62,372 nucleotides of DNA, filler included, from Circinaria calcarea (GCA_051942165.1; 13 parts of 13 records of this genome joined end to end with filler, not necessarily neighbours in it), one strand, 5' to 3'; shown: positions 12,031 through 26,677, counted from the first letter of the whole stretch. The notes: generated by a model not told the origin, from the sequence alone. Numbers and translations: made by a program.

Positions 12031-13259
12031 TCAGTCGGATTGTCTCCCTCCATCCGTTGATGGCGATGACGATTCTGAGCTGGGTGAAAGCTGGCCAGAC
12101 TGGCGGCTGTCGAGTGTTGTAGGGCTGGCCGGGGTAGGACGGTGTTGAGAAGTGCGACGATGTCCCTTTGCTCTGCTCTTCTGTACGCCAGCAGGCTTCC
12201 CGGCGGCTGCAAGTGCCAGCGCTCTCTTTGACGGCTTGCGTGGCTTTGCCCATCCTGGCTTAAACGATGGAAGTATCTCGAACTGTGGTGGTTGGCAGAG
12301 GTTATTTTCCACACGTTCGATAATCTTCTCAACCGTGCTGAAGATCTCATCGAATGACTTATTCTTCCCAAGGTGTGGAACTAGCCACCGCTCTTCCGAT
12401 GCAGTCGCATCTACAGCCGGTGGTGGTGCTTTACCGGCCGCTCTAGCTTCTTCACACGTCTTTTCATGTTTTATTTCTCGGTCGACATGCTTTTGTGCCT
12501 GTAGTCGCAGGGTGAATTCAAAATCTGCGACACCGCCCCACTTTTTCATCCTTTTCAGTGTGGTTTTGACAAGATCCATCTGGATATCAACGTAATTACC
12601 CACATTCCGATATCTGGTGCGCTGGTAATGTTTGCGACAATATGGAGCCCAAATGTGGTCAGGTACTCCTAGTGTACAGAGCTTGTTGCGCCCAAAATAG
12701 TGTGAGACGACCTTACGGTCTTCTGATTCGAGCATGCATCCTTCCGAGAAGGTGCACCTCTGCGGATCAAAGTCTTTTTCATCATCGCCGACTGATGGGG
12801 AGGTCGAGCGCTCATCGTTTGAGACGGGACTGGCACCAGATATACTGGAATGACTATGTGAAGACATGTCCCCGATAGTCAGATCGTCCATCCGGAAGTG
12901 TTGTCGGGGTCCTGTAGCCGTCTGAGAACTCTGCTGCCAGTGGGAGATGTGCTGGGCGGACTGTTGGCCAAAAACTTGACTGCTGGGATATGAAGGAGGC
13001 TCTGATGGATCAGTAGAAGAAAAAGCGCGAGATGTTGCCTTCTTAACGTGGTCAGCCATTGAGTGTTGTGACGCTAGTGACTCAGGTCGATATTCATTCA
13101 TGTTCACAGACAGCCGCTGACTCCTCAATCACTTACCGAATCTTGAGCTCTTGTTGCTCCCCACTTGACAGTTGAGCCAGGACTCCCATTAGCCATAAAG
13201 GAGGTCCTTGTCTGGGGCTCGTTGTTCTCTTGATCATTTAGGATGAGTCTAAGATCCAT
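12031..13259 (-). CDS. ORP1-like fungal protein (putative Zn-binding regulator)
   Basis: Exon 1 MDLRLILND...AQDS, then a GTAAGT..GCTGAC..AAG intron joins in frame to the 365-aa ORF. That ORF contains C-x4-C...RKVVSHYFGRNKLCT...WAPYCRKHYQRTRYR. Confidence 0.7.
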
Positions 13260-14443
13260 GACGGTAATCTTCTGCTTGATCTAAGGGCCGAATGGGTTGC
13301 TTTAGGTGGTGAACTTGAATGAGAGTATGGCTACTGACACTAATCATGAGGTGAATAACGGTGATATCTAAACGATTGCAGTGCTGAAGTTTTAATTGCG
13401 ATGGAGAAACAGTATTAAATCCCAACGCCGAGATTTAGGTGTTGACTGCAGTTACTGGCAGACGGTGCGGGCCTTCGATAGCTCCACGTGCTGGCTACTC
13501 GAAATTGGAGAAAGAGACCAGTCACCCGCACGATTTAACAGAAGACTTACGGATTATCCTCTCAAAAACACCGTCGAGTTTGTGCGTGACGATATCGGGT
13601 TAAAAGATGTCCTTATTTGGACTAGAGGACCAGTAAGGTTTCTCAGTAGTTGAAGTAGTAGAAACGCCATGACAATTCACGTGCAAACCGAAGAAGTGAC
13701 AGGCCACGGATACAGAGAGAAATGGAGCTTCCTCTGATCCCGGATCACTGAGTCGCCACATGGAGCAATCGAAACAAGATGATCCATTCTCCTGCCAGCG
13801 ATCAACCAGGCTTCGAGCGGGTTGCAGGGTACTTGTGAAATGCTAAGGTAAGGTATTCAGGGACACACAGCCAGGCACCAACGGCTTGAGTCGAGACTGG
13901 CATCTTCAAGCCAAGGCTGAAGCTGGAAACTATCACGCTTGCACAGCGGCCCAGGGGTGGAGCGTTCGAAATCTTCCGAGTCAACCATGGATGCGATACA
14001 TCTTAAGACATCGGAAGATAGAGGGAAGCAACGGCCAAGGGTGGAAATCGAGCAGCGATCTCGCGCTCAGAAGTTGCTTCCGTCCAGTTGTCGAGTGATG
14101 CGCGGGTCACCGACTTTCTGCAGCGGTATTCAGAGCTCTGAAGGACATTGCGGTTTCACCTTCGTCCCAACAATCCGGCTCCAGTGGATCATCTCGCTGC
14201 GGCATCTCGCAAACGACGAGGCTGCGTGCAGCGCAGCCATGGCAGGGTCCGGGCGAGAGCTGGATGGCATAGCAACGTCCGAGTGTCTCAAATGCCTGCA
14301 ACGATGCGGACATTTAAGCTGCCGTGTGACCGTCGCCCGAAGGNNNNNNNNNNNNNNNNNNNNNNNNNNNNNNNNNNNNNNNNNNNNTTAATTAATTAAN
14401 NNNNNNNNNNNNNNNNNNNNNNNNNNNNNNNNNNNNNNNNNNN

Positions 14444-14912
14444 CTGTGGACATTACCAGCGTGCTAGACAATGTAGAGCCCGAAGAGGAGGGAAAGCAGG
14501 CATCGACGGTTGAAGCCATGGATTGGGCATCTTTGAGGCCGCCTTCACCAGTCACCGCGTTTGCGCAGCCAGAGTTGACAACAAGGGCGCGTATCCCATC
14601 ACCATTGCGAGAGCGGAGGATATCTCGACTGACAGTGACGGGTGCGGCTTGAAATTTATTCTTGGTGAAGACGGCAGCACCACTGCAGCGTGTTTCTGAT
14701 ACAATGATAGCCAAATCTGGGAATCGTGTGTTGGAGGGCTTGACGCCGACGTGGGTTCCCGAGACGAGAAAGCCTTTGGGGTAAGTACCCGACGTGGGTA
14801 CATATTTCTGTTTCGCAGCAGGAATGAAGCCGTCAATTGGCGCTGAGTAGTGTCGTATATGTGAACTGAGCTGGCGGAGGCCTCTGAGCCATGTTGTCCA
14901 TTCTCGAATCAT
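14444..14912 (-). CDS. ARG7: Arginine biosynthesis bifunctional protein ArgJ (ornithine acetyltransferase), mitochondrial, 5' part
   Basis: [43 protein letters not shown] and TLVMST motifs. Likely start [14 protein letters not shown] (presequence-like). Truncated by the gap. Confidence 0.95.
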
Positions 14913-15106
14913 CTTCAGAGACGATGTTTTTCGCACATAAAATACGGGGACACGCTCTAAATCGTCACTCAGCCCTGTCGGAGGCTGGAAGTAGGGGTAC
15001 GAAAGTAGTGTGGGTCTAAGCCTTTGCCAAGCCCTGCCCATGGACGACGATACTGAAACCCGAGTTGCTTCCATTGGTCACATCTACTTCATGTACACAG
15101 GTTGCA

Positions 15107-18100
15107 ATGTCTCATGGTCAGAATGAGACTAACGGGTATACCAACGGATATCACGAAGACCCTCGCGATGGTAGAGCAGCTGAAGGGCGCCGAGTTCGAC
15201 GAGCAGGAGGATATGGCGGGTTCTTCAATGCGGATTTGACAGAACATCCAGAGCCAGAACAGCCCCTGAGCCCAGACAGTCCTGACCCATTTAGTGCACC
15301 AACTGTACCAGCTTGGCGACGAAGGGATGGGAGTGGGAGTAGAGAGAGATCTAGGCCAGATGTTAATGGAGCACGGCTCTACGGCGATGGACCTGGGGCA
15401 AGGCAAATAGAAGGTTAGCACCACCTGTGTGGTAAGGAAAACGTGTCTTTACACCTTCATACCTACTCAAGAGCTTCTTTTCGCATATTTCAGAGACTTC
15501 ATCACACACCTGTCATATTCCTAAGTCGATGAACAGTAGCAAGCGCATGTAATAAGGACATGGCTGACGTATTGCTTACATAGGTGTGGTTCGCCACATT
15601 CAAGAGAAATGGAGTATCATGACCGGGACCGACTGCGTACCAGTTCATGTCGCATTGCAATTGATGGATCATAGCTCGCTCGGTCGGGGAAATGACTTTG
15701 ACGACTTCAAGGAAACAAGCAGAGTGCTCCACAAATCCCTAAGAGCTATCGTCAATGGTAACTCTCGATTATATTAGGGCAATTGTTTTGTGCTAACTTG
15801 TAAAGAGCATCACCAGGGTTTCAATAGCTCCATTGGAACTTTTCATAAAATCCAATCTAGCATTCAAACATCCCAAAGCCGCGTCAGAACTCTCAAAGGA
15901 TCACTTTTACATGCCAAGACAAACTTGACAGTGGCGAAACCAGAGTTAAAGGGACTTGCTGCATCATCGCAAGAGTATGACGAAATGATCCAGATACTCG
16001 GACAGATGTTTGTCTTCTTTCCTGCGTGACGCCAGGTTCCAGCTAAACTCTGTACAGTGAGAAGATCCAACTTTTGCCAGAACAGCTTGACGCACGCATA
16101 TCAGATAAGCAGTTTCTCACTGCTGTAGATATCTTGCAGGACGCTCTTAGACTCATACGAAATTCGAATCTGGAGAATATCGGGGCGCTCGCGGACCTTA
16201 GGGTTTATCTGAACAATCAAGAAACAGTATAGCCTCCAACCCTGATAAATCACCTAGTACTAAACCCAGATACAGTCTTTAACAGACATTCTTATCGAGG
16301 AGCTGCATGACCACCTGTACTTGAAGTCGCCTTACTGCGAGGGCCGCTGGAAAGCATTTTCCCCGAATATTAGTAATTCTACAGATCACGGGTCTGGTAC
16401 GTTATCACTAATTAAATTAATCAGTTCTCCTTGTTCGATTACACCTATATTGACATTTTTTAGTTATAGGAATGCAGCCGCTGTATCAGTTTCTCAACAG
16501 GTTAAATACTCGATCACCGGTAAGCATCTGTCTGTGGGTGAATATAGCGCCTCTAAACATCCGTAGATGGAAGATGACATTTCGAGAAATCCCGAGACCA
16601 ACAACTTCGAGTATATGCATATGATTCTAGAAGCGTTGAACAAGATGGGACGCTTGGACGTGGCTGTTGATCATATAGAGCAGAGGCTTCCGATTGAATT
16701 GTTTGCCATCGTAGAAAGGACTAACCATGAAGTCGATCTTCGACACCCAGCTCATCTTCGCAGCACAATGAAGAACGATTCTGGCAATACTTTTCTTGAT
16801 GCGCAAGACGACAATGCTCGACATGACATAGTATACGATCTTCTTTGGACCTTGTACTCGAAATTTGAAGCCATAGCCGAAGGTCATCGAGCTACCCATG
16901 ACGTGATAGCCGGGATCGTGCAACGTGAAGGTTTGCGGCAGATCGGTCCTTTGTTAGGAGGTTTCCGGGAGTTATGGAAGCTCTATCAGAGCGAAGTCAG
17001 TCCCGCACGACTTGCTTGCATGGGAAGTGGTTAATGAGGTTCGATAGATACGATCATTACTTCATGATTACCTTGCAACAGACGGCAATTCCTTACAGAG
17101 GCAAGGGGATCCTTCCGCGACAACTGCCAGCATCTTTCAACGAAGTCAACGTGATAAGTCGAAGGTCTCACTGCTTCAATTGTGGATCTTTAAGTGCACG
17201 AGACTGATTGCTGGTAGCGTTTATTCAAACTCTCAGAGATGGACAACACGTCCACGGATTTTGCTATGGAACAGGAGGATCTTGATAGTATCTTGCAAGC
17301 CTCAGTTCCAGGCCTTATCTCCAAGTCCCATCGCCGTTCGGTAGAGACCAAGAGTGATCGAAGAGTAATCTACGACGGTCCTTCTGTGGGGCACAAACTG
17401 TTAGTTGAACCAAGCGTCTTCAACATCAGCTTACTTCTACCGCCGTCGATTTCGTTTCTTCAAACATTGAAAGACATTGTACCATCGGATTCGGATATAG
17501 CAGTCAGTACATTAACCTCATTCCTCGACGATTTCTTAGTCAATTTCTTCAACCCACAACTTGAAGAAACAGTTACCGAGCTTTGCACCCGCTCATTTGT
17601 TGAGCTTGACACCTTTCATCAAGACCCAAATTGGGCAGATCATGCCAGGCGGCCTATTTTCAAGGTATGTGCGAGAGTTGTACGCATCGCCAGATTCTCA
17701 CTTTAAGCGACTTAGGGCACCTCTATGTTCTTTTCCTTAGTAACAGGCTTTTGTAAGATGCTCGACGCCATACCTGAAGACCAGGCTCTTACTCAGCTTA
17801 TCATCACCCAACTGGCGACATATCACGACAAATGCTATGCGTGGTACACAGGTAAGAATCTCCAGCCCAAAAATTGAGCAAATCCATCGGCACAGTCATG
17901 TTCGAATCAGTCCAATAAATATGTTCCTCTCCATAAATGGTAATCCTATCTTAAGAGCAGCGTAACTGACATTCCTAGCGCTGGTAACACGTGCTCAGGT
18001 GGAAGGCGGTACGCGTTTAAAGACTGCAGCTGCTTTGACCACCGATGGCGATTTAAGTGTTGTTGTGAGGACCATATGGCAAGGGGATGGCTCGGATCGC

Positions 18101-19156
18101 GAAAGACTTATGCAAAAGGTAGGTCTCTGAATGCATGCTATCGCCCCCGACTAACTCAGTATATAGGAAGTCGAACTGCTCACTGCTCAAACTAACGAGA
18201 CACGCCTAGAGCCATTCGATATCATCTCCGACCGAAGGTCTGTAGCGGCCTTGTGTTTACTGTATACCAGCATGGTGAGATGCTTTCGATTTTCATGAGA
18301 TACGACGATTCTGACAACTCAATTCAGCAATGGCTATCAACCCGCCTTAGTCAGCTTAGACATATTATAAGTTCCCAATCTAGGTCCACGCACAATGTCA
18401 ATACAGGTCACCAGGGCAACAGGTGGAGCTTAGTAAATGCAGCAGCCATACACGAGAGCAGCCGACCTGTCCGGCTATCAATGACCAAAGAGTCTGCTAT
18501 GTGAGTTCATATCTTATTCACATATTCTTGAAGATCCTAACCTGCTTAGTGCTTTCGATGGGATCATATCTGCGTATCGAGAGCTGGCAACCAAAGCTCT
18601 TATGACTTTACACGTTGACATTCGATGTGGTATAATCCACATGATGTCCCGAACTCTTGGAGCTCATTATGTCCTTGATCAGCCGGCAAACGAGCCTGAC
18701 CCAAGCGTTCTCGCATTGAACGCTGACCTACTGAGCTTTGACGACACTCTAACCATACATCTTCCCGAGAAAGAATACCATTTTATTACTGCAGGGCTCG
18801 GTTCACTACTCGACCATGTGCTGGTCACCAATGCTTCGCAAATTTCGGTAATGAACGGCCACGGGTGCGGACGAATGCAACTCAATATTCTGGTCCTTCA
18901 GCAGAACTTAAAGAGTATTGAATGTAATGCGAGCCTGTCGCGTAGCGCGCGTTTCTACGAATACTTTAGCGAAGGTGCTGATGCTGTTGTATCAAGGGTG
19001 AAGGAAACTGGAGGGAAAGGCATGGGTTTCAATCTAGAAGAGTTGAAGGCGTTGATTGAGTTGTGCTATTCAGAAGCACTTCAGAGCCAACAACGAGATA
19101 TTGCTATGCAAGCTAAAAGGGCATTGAACGATCATCAATTGCAGTTATCGGAGACT
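15107..19156 (+). CDS. SEC8: Exocyst complex component Sec8 (multi-intron; last codons in the gap)
   Basis: Exons encode CVPVHVALQLMDHSSLGR, HHQGFNSSIGTFHKIQ, ILIEELHDHLYLKSPYC, GHKLLVEPSVFNISLLLPP and RMQLNILVLQQNLKSIE. Confidence 0.95.
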
Positions 19157-21997
19157 NNNNNNNNNNNNNNNNNNNNNNNNNNNNNNNNNNNNNNNNNNNN
19201 TTAATTAATTAANNNNNNNNNNNNNNNNNNNNNNNNNNNNNNNNNNNNNNNNNNNNACCCCTTCTCAAGGGCTTTTCGTAACAGACCTAGGTCAACACGG
19301 TGGGTAAAAAAAAGGGGGGAATGGGTTCCGAAGGATTGATGGAACAAGGAATTAAAAGGAAAAAGGGATGGTTATGCGGGCGGGGGTGAGTAGAAGTACA
19401 GGCAAAAAAAACTGCGGAGGAGTTCCGTTGACGTTTTCGGTTTAATTTGGTAAAGGGGGCATTGGGAACACAAACTACCAATAGAGGAACGAAGGGAACG
19501 AAACGGAACGAAGGAGAGAGTACTACATTGCCTGCCAAGAAGCGCGAGGGATTGCTTTTCTGGAACCTTTTCGTCCTGCAACGACAGGGAGAAAAAGGGT
19601 GTGGGGGCTCGGGGTTCTTAAAGAGTGTGTGGGCATTTAGGACATAGAAATGGGGGAGTTCTATCTTGATGAGGGAAGAAGAAGGATATGGGGTTACTGC
19701 GGGGAAGGGGAAAGAGGAAGCGAGGAGCGGTGGTCTACCGGATCACTTGGGTCTACAGTACGTCTCACGTAAGGACAGCTTCTCACTAGTGGGGCTTGAT
19801 AGGTACGGTACGTAGCTGATAAATATTGTGATACTGGTGAGTATACGGATGTGAGGTCGAGAGGAATGGGCGGGGGTTCGGGGAATAAGGGGAAAAACCC
19901 AGAAGTGAGAGTTGGGGAATATCCTGGGATTTTTGTGAGAAAAAGGGGCTATTGGAGGTTAGGGAGGGGTTTTTCGTGAGGACTCCCCCGCTGTTTTGTT
20001 GTTTGTCCCATTCCCGTGCATTGCACAGGCTGAGGGGAGCTGGAATTTTGGGTTGGGATAGAGAATACCATACGCAGTACTTTGATTGATAGACTATGGA
20101 GACCTCGCCTTCGTTTGGAATCCGACCAGCAATTTCCCTCCCTTGCTTCTCGATTCCAAGCATGCTCTACTAAAAGCAGCGGTACGGCCAAAATACTAAC
20201 CAGCCCCTTTCCATTCCAAATCCGGGGTCCCACTCTCACACTTTTTTGGTCAAATGAATCAATCCTGTCTCGGAAAAGCCAAAACAGTCGATTTCCAAGC
20301 AGAGTCGTCCAATTTCCTTGCCAAGTCGTTGATACAGCGCTAGCCAGGCTGCAGCGCCACGATCGGAATGTTATCGGTTAGTCTTGCTTTTGGAGGAGAG
20401 CTCCTCGCAGGAATGTTAGAGCGGCGGGGCCGTCTGTATTTCTCATGGGAAAGGCGGGGGAGGGAATGCAGGTTATTGGTGCATTTTTGTCGTTTGGATG
20501 CGGAGAGGCATGGTCACAAGACGAGTAGTGCTTTTTGTAGCCTTTTGGGTAGCATCCCGCTAGGATATGATACGATTCAGAGGCAAAACCGGTTAAGGCA
20601 GTTAAGGGTATCTGGAAGGGGAATGAGATGGCCCGTATGGTAGTTAGATGGTGGATGAGAGTAGCGCCGTTGAAAGTTACCCTGAACAACTTGGACTAAG
20701 TTAACGACCAAAAGTCGGCCAACCAATCATTGTGGGTTTCGTCGAACAATGCATGCACTCCATCACCTGTCTAGTGTCCTCTGCACCAAAGTGTTGTCTC
20801 GTAGAGATTAAGGAAAAACTAAGGAAATCGGGTACGATGGCCTGGCCACTCGGAATGGTTTGATGCTTACTTCTGCTGCATGCACTGTCAGAGGCTTCGA
20901 AGCTGTTGATGTAATTCCCACGTCTTTCGTGTTTCCTTCTCGTGATCGCACAGACACCCACCTTTGCGACCATAAAAGCGGCGGTAGGCTCCATTATCGG
21001 AAACTCGGCTTTCCCATGATTCTTGTTGACCGCATTTTCTCACAAATCCTGGGGCAGGGGGGGAGGGACGGAAATATCACCGAGATCTTCGATGCCTAGT
21101 CAATCAACGTTTTTCTCGGAAAGCGACGAGGGGGTGTGCGTTGAGAGGAAAACAGGGTGGGCCAGTCAGCATCACGTTTGAAGTCAAGGGTTGCCCACTG
21201 CACGGCCCCAAAGAGTAGGGTGTTTGATGTGGCAGCAGAGGTCAAATCAAGCACTGATTAGTCCCCAATGGCTCACTCGGCAATGCAATCAAGGAAGCTA
21301 GTCACACTAGTGCACATGCTATTCGACATCACTACCCGCTAGACCCGACCGTCGGTTGTTTATTCCAGCCCAAAGATATCAGACAGCAGAACCGGGGCAT
21401 AATCCGATGCTGCCATAACCATCCCCATCCCCATCCACACCCTCGAGCGGGGCAAACTGTTTGCTCCGACTGCAGAGGCACGGTCGACATGTATTTCTGT
21501 AGACATCTCTTCGGCGATATTCATGAGATTCCCGCGGAAGTCCGACCTCCGGGAGAGAAGGAATGGAGAATGGGCTCAGAGGAACACGACTGACGATAAC
21601 GTAGAGCGCACAAGGTCAGAGGGAGGTCAACTAATCCAACAGATAGGAAGCTCTCTTTTCTTGGTCGGCCATATCAAGATTATTCGGCTTCTTCTCTGCT
21701 GAAAGGTGAGGTCAGGTAATTTTTGCTCGACGCCCGGTGATTGGGGTTATGCGTCATTGGCAGGTAATTGCTTCGTGGAGGTGAACGTACTATGTCATAG
21801 CCTCGTGTATTTGGAGCTAAGTGTTGCCCTCAAATACACAAACGCCCAACCCTTCTGCTTTTCTTCTTTTTCCTTTCCATCACCACACAACCACCAAACG
21901 TCACGTCCACAGCGTCGCCGTTGAGGTCTGACTTTTAAGATATCCTCCTCCACAAAATCATCAATACGACAACTGTAACAGCGTACAAACCTTCAAA

Positions 21998-23085
21998 ATG
22001 GTCGCACGAAATGATGCTCCGGCTGTCAATGCCGGCATCGGTGGTACTGCTCTCTCGCAAATCACCGTCCGTGGCTCCAACTGGTTCTGGGTATGTAGAG
22101 TTACTCAGCAATGACAGTGTCAACTATGTTGACGGTACTCCCAGGCTGTCTGTGCCGTGATGGCCTTTTCTACCTTCCTCATTCTTGGAGCATCGTACGC
22201 TAGGTCCCGTTCCCACCGCCTCTTCCACTACATCTGTGCCGCCATCACCTTGACGGCAGCCATCTCCTACTTCAGCATGGCCTCCAACCTTGGACAAACC
22301 CCGATCCAGACTCAATTTGTCCGTCCCAATCCCAAGGTCGGCGGCATTCCGGGTGGTACTCGCGAAATCTTTTACGTTCGCTACATTGACTGGTGAGTAA
22401 TTCTAATGTCTTTCCAAGGTTTCCCTAACACGGATCTAGGTTTGTCACTACGCCTCTTTTGCTTCTGGATCTCCTCTTGACCGCTGGCATGCCGTGGCCT
22501 ACTATCCTTTGGACCCTCTTCTTAGATGAAGTCATGATTGTCACCGGTCTCGTTGGCGCCTTGACACGCTCAAGCTACAAATGGGGATTCTTCGCCTTTG
22601 GCTGCGCTGCTCTCCTCGGTGTCGCATACAATGTTACAATTGTTGCCCGTAAACACGCAAATGCTCTTGGGAGCGACGTTCACCGTGTCTTTCTCAGTTG
22701 TGCTGTTTGGACCTTCTTCGTAAGTTGTTCCAACGGTATTACTAGGTTGAAGTGGCTAATGCCTCATAGCTTTGGTTCCTTTACCCAATCGCCTGGGGCC
22801 TTGCTGAAGGTGGTAATGTGATTGCTCCCGACTCCGAGGCGGTTTTCTACGGAATCTTAGATATTCTCGCCAAGCCAGTCTTCAGCCTTCTCCTTCTATG
22901 TAAGTGTAAACTGCATCTTACGTGACAAATGACTAATCCACTTAGGGGGACATCGGAAGATTGAGCCAGCCAGACTCGGTGTCTTGATCCGTGACTACAA
23001 TGAACTTCCAGACCGTAGCCACGAGAAGCCTTCTCACAATGGCGTGGACACTGGTGTCATGAATGGCGCCTCCACCACCGTCTAG
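21998..23085 (+). CDS. Fungal microbial (type 1) rhodopsin, CarO-like, DTD motif
   Basis: Five exons (introns 22091-22144, 22393-22439, 22720-22769, 22900-22945). Helix C reads RYIDWFVTTPLLLLD; helix G reads FYGILDILAKPVF with the retinal-binding Lys. Confidence 0.92.
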
Positions 23086-24710
23086 AAGTATCTTGCTCTT
23101 TGCATGAGCGTCAAGCACATATCGAATGATGATATTTGCACAATTTGCTGAGCTTGCAATCCTTTGGACTCTTTGTCTAGCGATACCATGTTGTACCCTT
23201 CTGGCGCGTGGAACGAAGTGATAGGATATCTGCGAATACCCTTAAGGCATGAATTCGATAGAAAAACTAATATCTTACTCGTGATGATTTTGTGTTTATA
23301 TATAGTGCTAATGTCTAATCGTATACTGCACCCGATCGTTCGGTCAATCAACTCGCCTTAGACTATTTTATCCTTCCATCGACATTGAAATCATAGTAGA
23401 AGTATTGTGTAATGCCTCACATCGCTCTCAGGGCAGTTCAGGGCTGCCACTATCATCGATCCCATTCATCTTTCTCCCCCATTCGTCTCTCTCTCTCTCT
23501 TTCCACCGGCCACTGGCTCAACCCCGACCTGACCCCGACATACACGAGAATTCCCCTTCCTTCTCGGGGCGATGTCCCAGTCTTTGAAATAACTCTAGCG
23601 GAAATAAAACTTCAATAGGAGAGTCTCTGAAGTGTCTCCCGTTCCTTCTTTTCGCTTTTTATCGGATATTCTATGAAGAGATGGGAGGAAAGGGGGTGGG
23701 GGTTGGAGATTGTGGTTCGGTAAATCGTGTGCGTGGGGTGGAGGGCAAGGGAGTGTCATGTGATTGATAGCTTGGAATTCCCACCGCTCTTTCCGCCACG
23801 AAACGTATGCAGATGTTTCTAAAAGTTTGAGAGGTGAGGTTGATGGATGGATGGATGGCAGAAATGGTAGAAAGGAAGGGGAGGCGGGTTCATAAAGCAA
23901 AGCCTACACTTGCTGTTCGATAGGACTTTTTCGTATTGAGCAACTTCACTCCCGGTTCGGGGNNNNNNNNNNNNNNNNNNNNNNNNNNNNNNNNNNNNNN
24001 NNNNNNTTAATTAATTAANNNNNNNNNNNNNNNNNNNNNNNNNNNNNNNNNNNNNNNNNNNNTTGGGCACGGGCGTAAAGAAGGGCTGGCTAGTCGGGGG
24101 GATGGAGGGGGGAAGTGAGGAGGCACAGAGTGAGAGGGCTCATGCGGAGGATTCTCGAGAAGAGGAAGGAAAGCGGAGGGTGCGGACGTTTTGTATTGAG
24201 TGGGGTGGCATGTAACGATTATTTTAGACCCCGGGAAAAAGGACAACGAATCCACCTTGCCTCTATTCATGTCCATAAGCCGTGCGTGCAGCTTTTAGGC
24301 TGTTCAGATATTGTCGCCGAGTAACGATTCAGTTCTCGATTCAATTCTCGGCTTGGGCTCCCCCTTTCAAACTTTTTCCTTCCCGTCCTACTCCCCGATC
24401 TCATTTCCCCTTCTTGGGTTTCCGGATACCCGGTTTTGAGATAAACAGCTCGCATCACGGGGGTTATTTAGGTAAGGTAGGCTCGACACTAGGCGGGTTG
24501 TATATGGGTATTGGGGTTTGAATTCGGTTTCTGGGGCTTGGTCTAGGGGTGAGGAGGGAGAGGAAAGGGGTGGTTTTCGTAGGCTGGTTCTGTGCGGCTG
24601 CAAGCGGGAGATTTCTGACTTCATAGTAGAGGCTATGGATGTTCTGGATCAATCTTCACTACTGGGGATATTTCTAATCGACGATAGCATAGACCTAACC
24701 GCAAACTCAC

Positions 24711-26677
24711 TCAATGCCCATGCCCATCGTCCTCCCCGCCACCCCTCTGTTCCGGATCCAGCTTGATCAAGGTATCAATCCGCATAATTGCCACGCACGC
24801 CTCCACCGCCCCTTTCAACTGCCTTACCTTACTCATACTCGGCTCTAGCACCCCCGCCTTGACACAATCCACCACCTTCCCCCGGCTCAAGTCGAGTCCG
24901 TAATTCTTGTAGACTTTCTTCTTGGCCATGTCTTTTTCGGTGGAAGATGCGCCGCCGTCGGCGAGGCGCTGGGAGAGGGCGTGGCAGGAGCGAAGTCGAG
25001 CGATGAGTTCGGAGGAGTCTTTGGCGGCGTTGTTGGAGAGGGTGGAGGGTACGATGAGGAGGGAGGCGGCGAAGGCGCCGATGGCGAGTTGTTCACGGGA
25101 GCCCTGGAGGGAGTGTTAGCCACTTGAGGAAATGCGTGTGGGAGGTTGGTACTGACGACTGTGCCGGCGAACTCCTCGAGGTAAATGTGAAGTGCTGTTT
25201 CGACAGCTCCGCCTCCCGGAACGATGCTGCCGCTTTCTAACGTTCGTTTGACGGCAGAGAGAGAGTCGTGTATTGAGCGTTCCATTTCATCCAGTTGGTA
25301 GTCATTGGAGCCTCGGAGGATGATGGATGCGGATGTGTGTACTTTTGTTCCCTTAACCAGTATGCACTCGTCATCTGAGATTCTCTCCTGAACGACCTCT
25401 TCAGCATGCCCTAGCGATGATGCTTCAAACTTCTCGTCTCCATTCAGATCAGAAAGTGAGCTGATCAGCGTTGCCCCCGTAGCTTTCGCTATCCGCCGTA
25501 GATCTTCTTTTTTACATCTCCGCACAGCCATTGCGCCTTTCTCGATGAAAAGCTTGAGAACCATGTCATCAATACCCTTTGTTGTCATCACGACGTTTGC
25601 ACCCGCTTTAAGAATCATTTCCACTCGTTCTATGACCATCCCTGCTTCTCGTTGCCGAATCTGCTCTAATTGTTGCGGATCATCAATGGTAATCTGTACT
25701 CCAAGCTTCATTCGCTCCTTTTGCAGGTTCATGTCCAGGCAAGCAATCTTGGCATCTGTTACCCGGGTCTTCATAGCTTGTGAAGCGACTGTGCAGTTCA
25801 GCGCATAGCCTTTGACCAGCACTGACTCTAACGAGCTTTTCCCATGCGCCTTCAGTACATTCACTGCTTTCACAGGATATTTTGTCTCATTGCGGTTATT
25901 CGTTGATTTGACTGATTGCATTGCGTTGACCACCATGTTTGCAAAGAACTCCGAGTCTGACCCTATAATCTTACTTGACATGGAAGTCTTTGCGATGCTG
26001 ATCAAGGACTCCCGACCTAGACTCTCGACTTTTGTGCTGATATTCTCATTCATATACTTGACAGCTTCTCGGAGCGCCAGCCTGTAGCCAGTAATGATCG
26101 TTGTGGGATGTATGCGGTTCTTTACGAGCTCGTTCGCTCTCCGTAATAGCTCTGCTGCAATCAGGACAACTGAGGTTGTACCATCTCCGACCTGTTAATC
26201 CCCATCAGACAAATAACAGCCCCGGCGCTGTCTCACGAACAAACCTCCCTGTCTTGTTGTTGTGCCAGATCCACAAGAATCTTTCCTGCCGGGTGTTCAA
26301 TGTCCAGCAGGCTCAGGATAGTTGCTCCATCATTGGTAACTGTAACATCCTGAATCAGTCAGTACCTGATGTCCTAGGAAGTTCTTGCCTTTGCGTACCC
26401 CAATATCATCAACCATCATTTTGTCTAGCCCAGAGGGCCCAAAGGAGCTCTTGACGACATTCGCAATGGCTTGTGTCGCAAGCACTAGAATCCATAAGAG
26501 GTGGCTCCAATGATAAGATGATATGGTGCTCTACCGTTCTGGTCTCGAATATCTGCCCCGCTGATCTTGGTACCACCGAGAACTGGGAATTTTATAAGCT
26601 AAATCCCGCAGCATGTCAAGTGTGAGGAGCTCACAGAGAGTTCCGGCATTTCGGGGTTGTTCGAATATACCAGCCAT
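24711..26677 (-). CDS. CCT1: T-complex protein 1 subunit alpha (CCT-alpha)
   Basis: [23 protein letters not shown]..., [41 protein letters not shown]-terminus [12 protein letters not shown]...GHGH*. Several introns. Confidence 0.97.
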
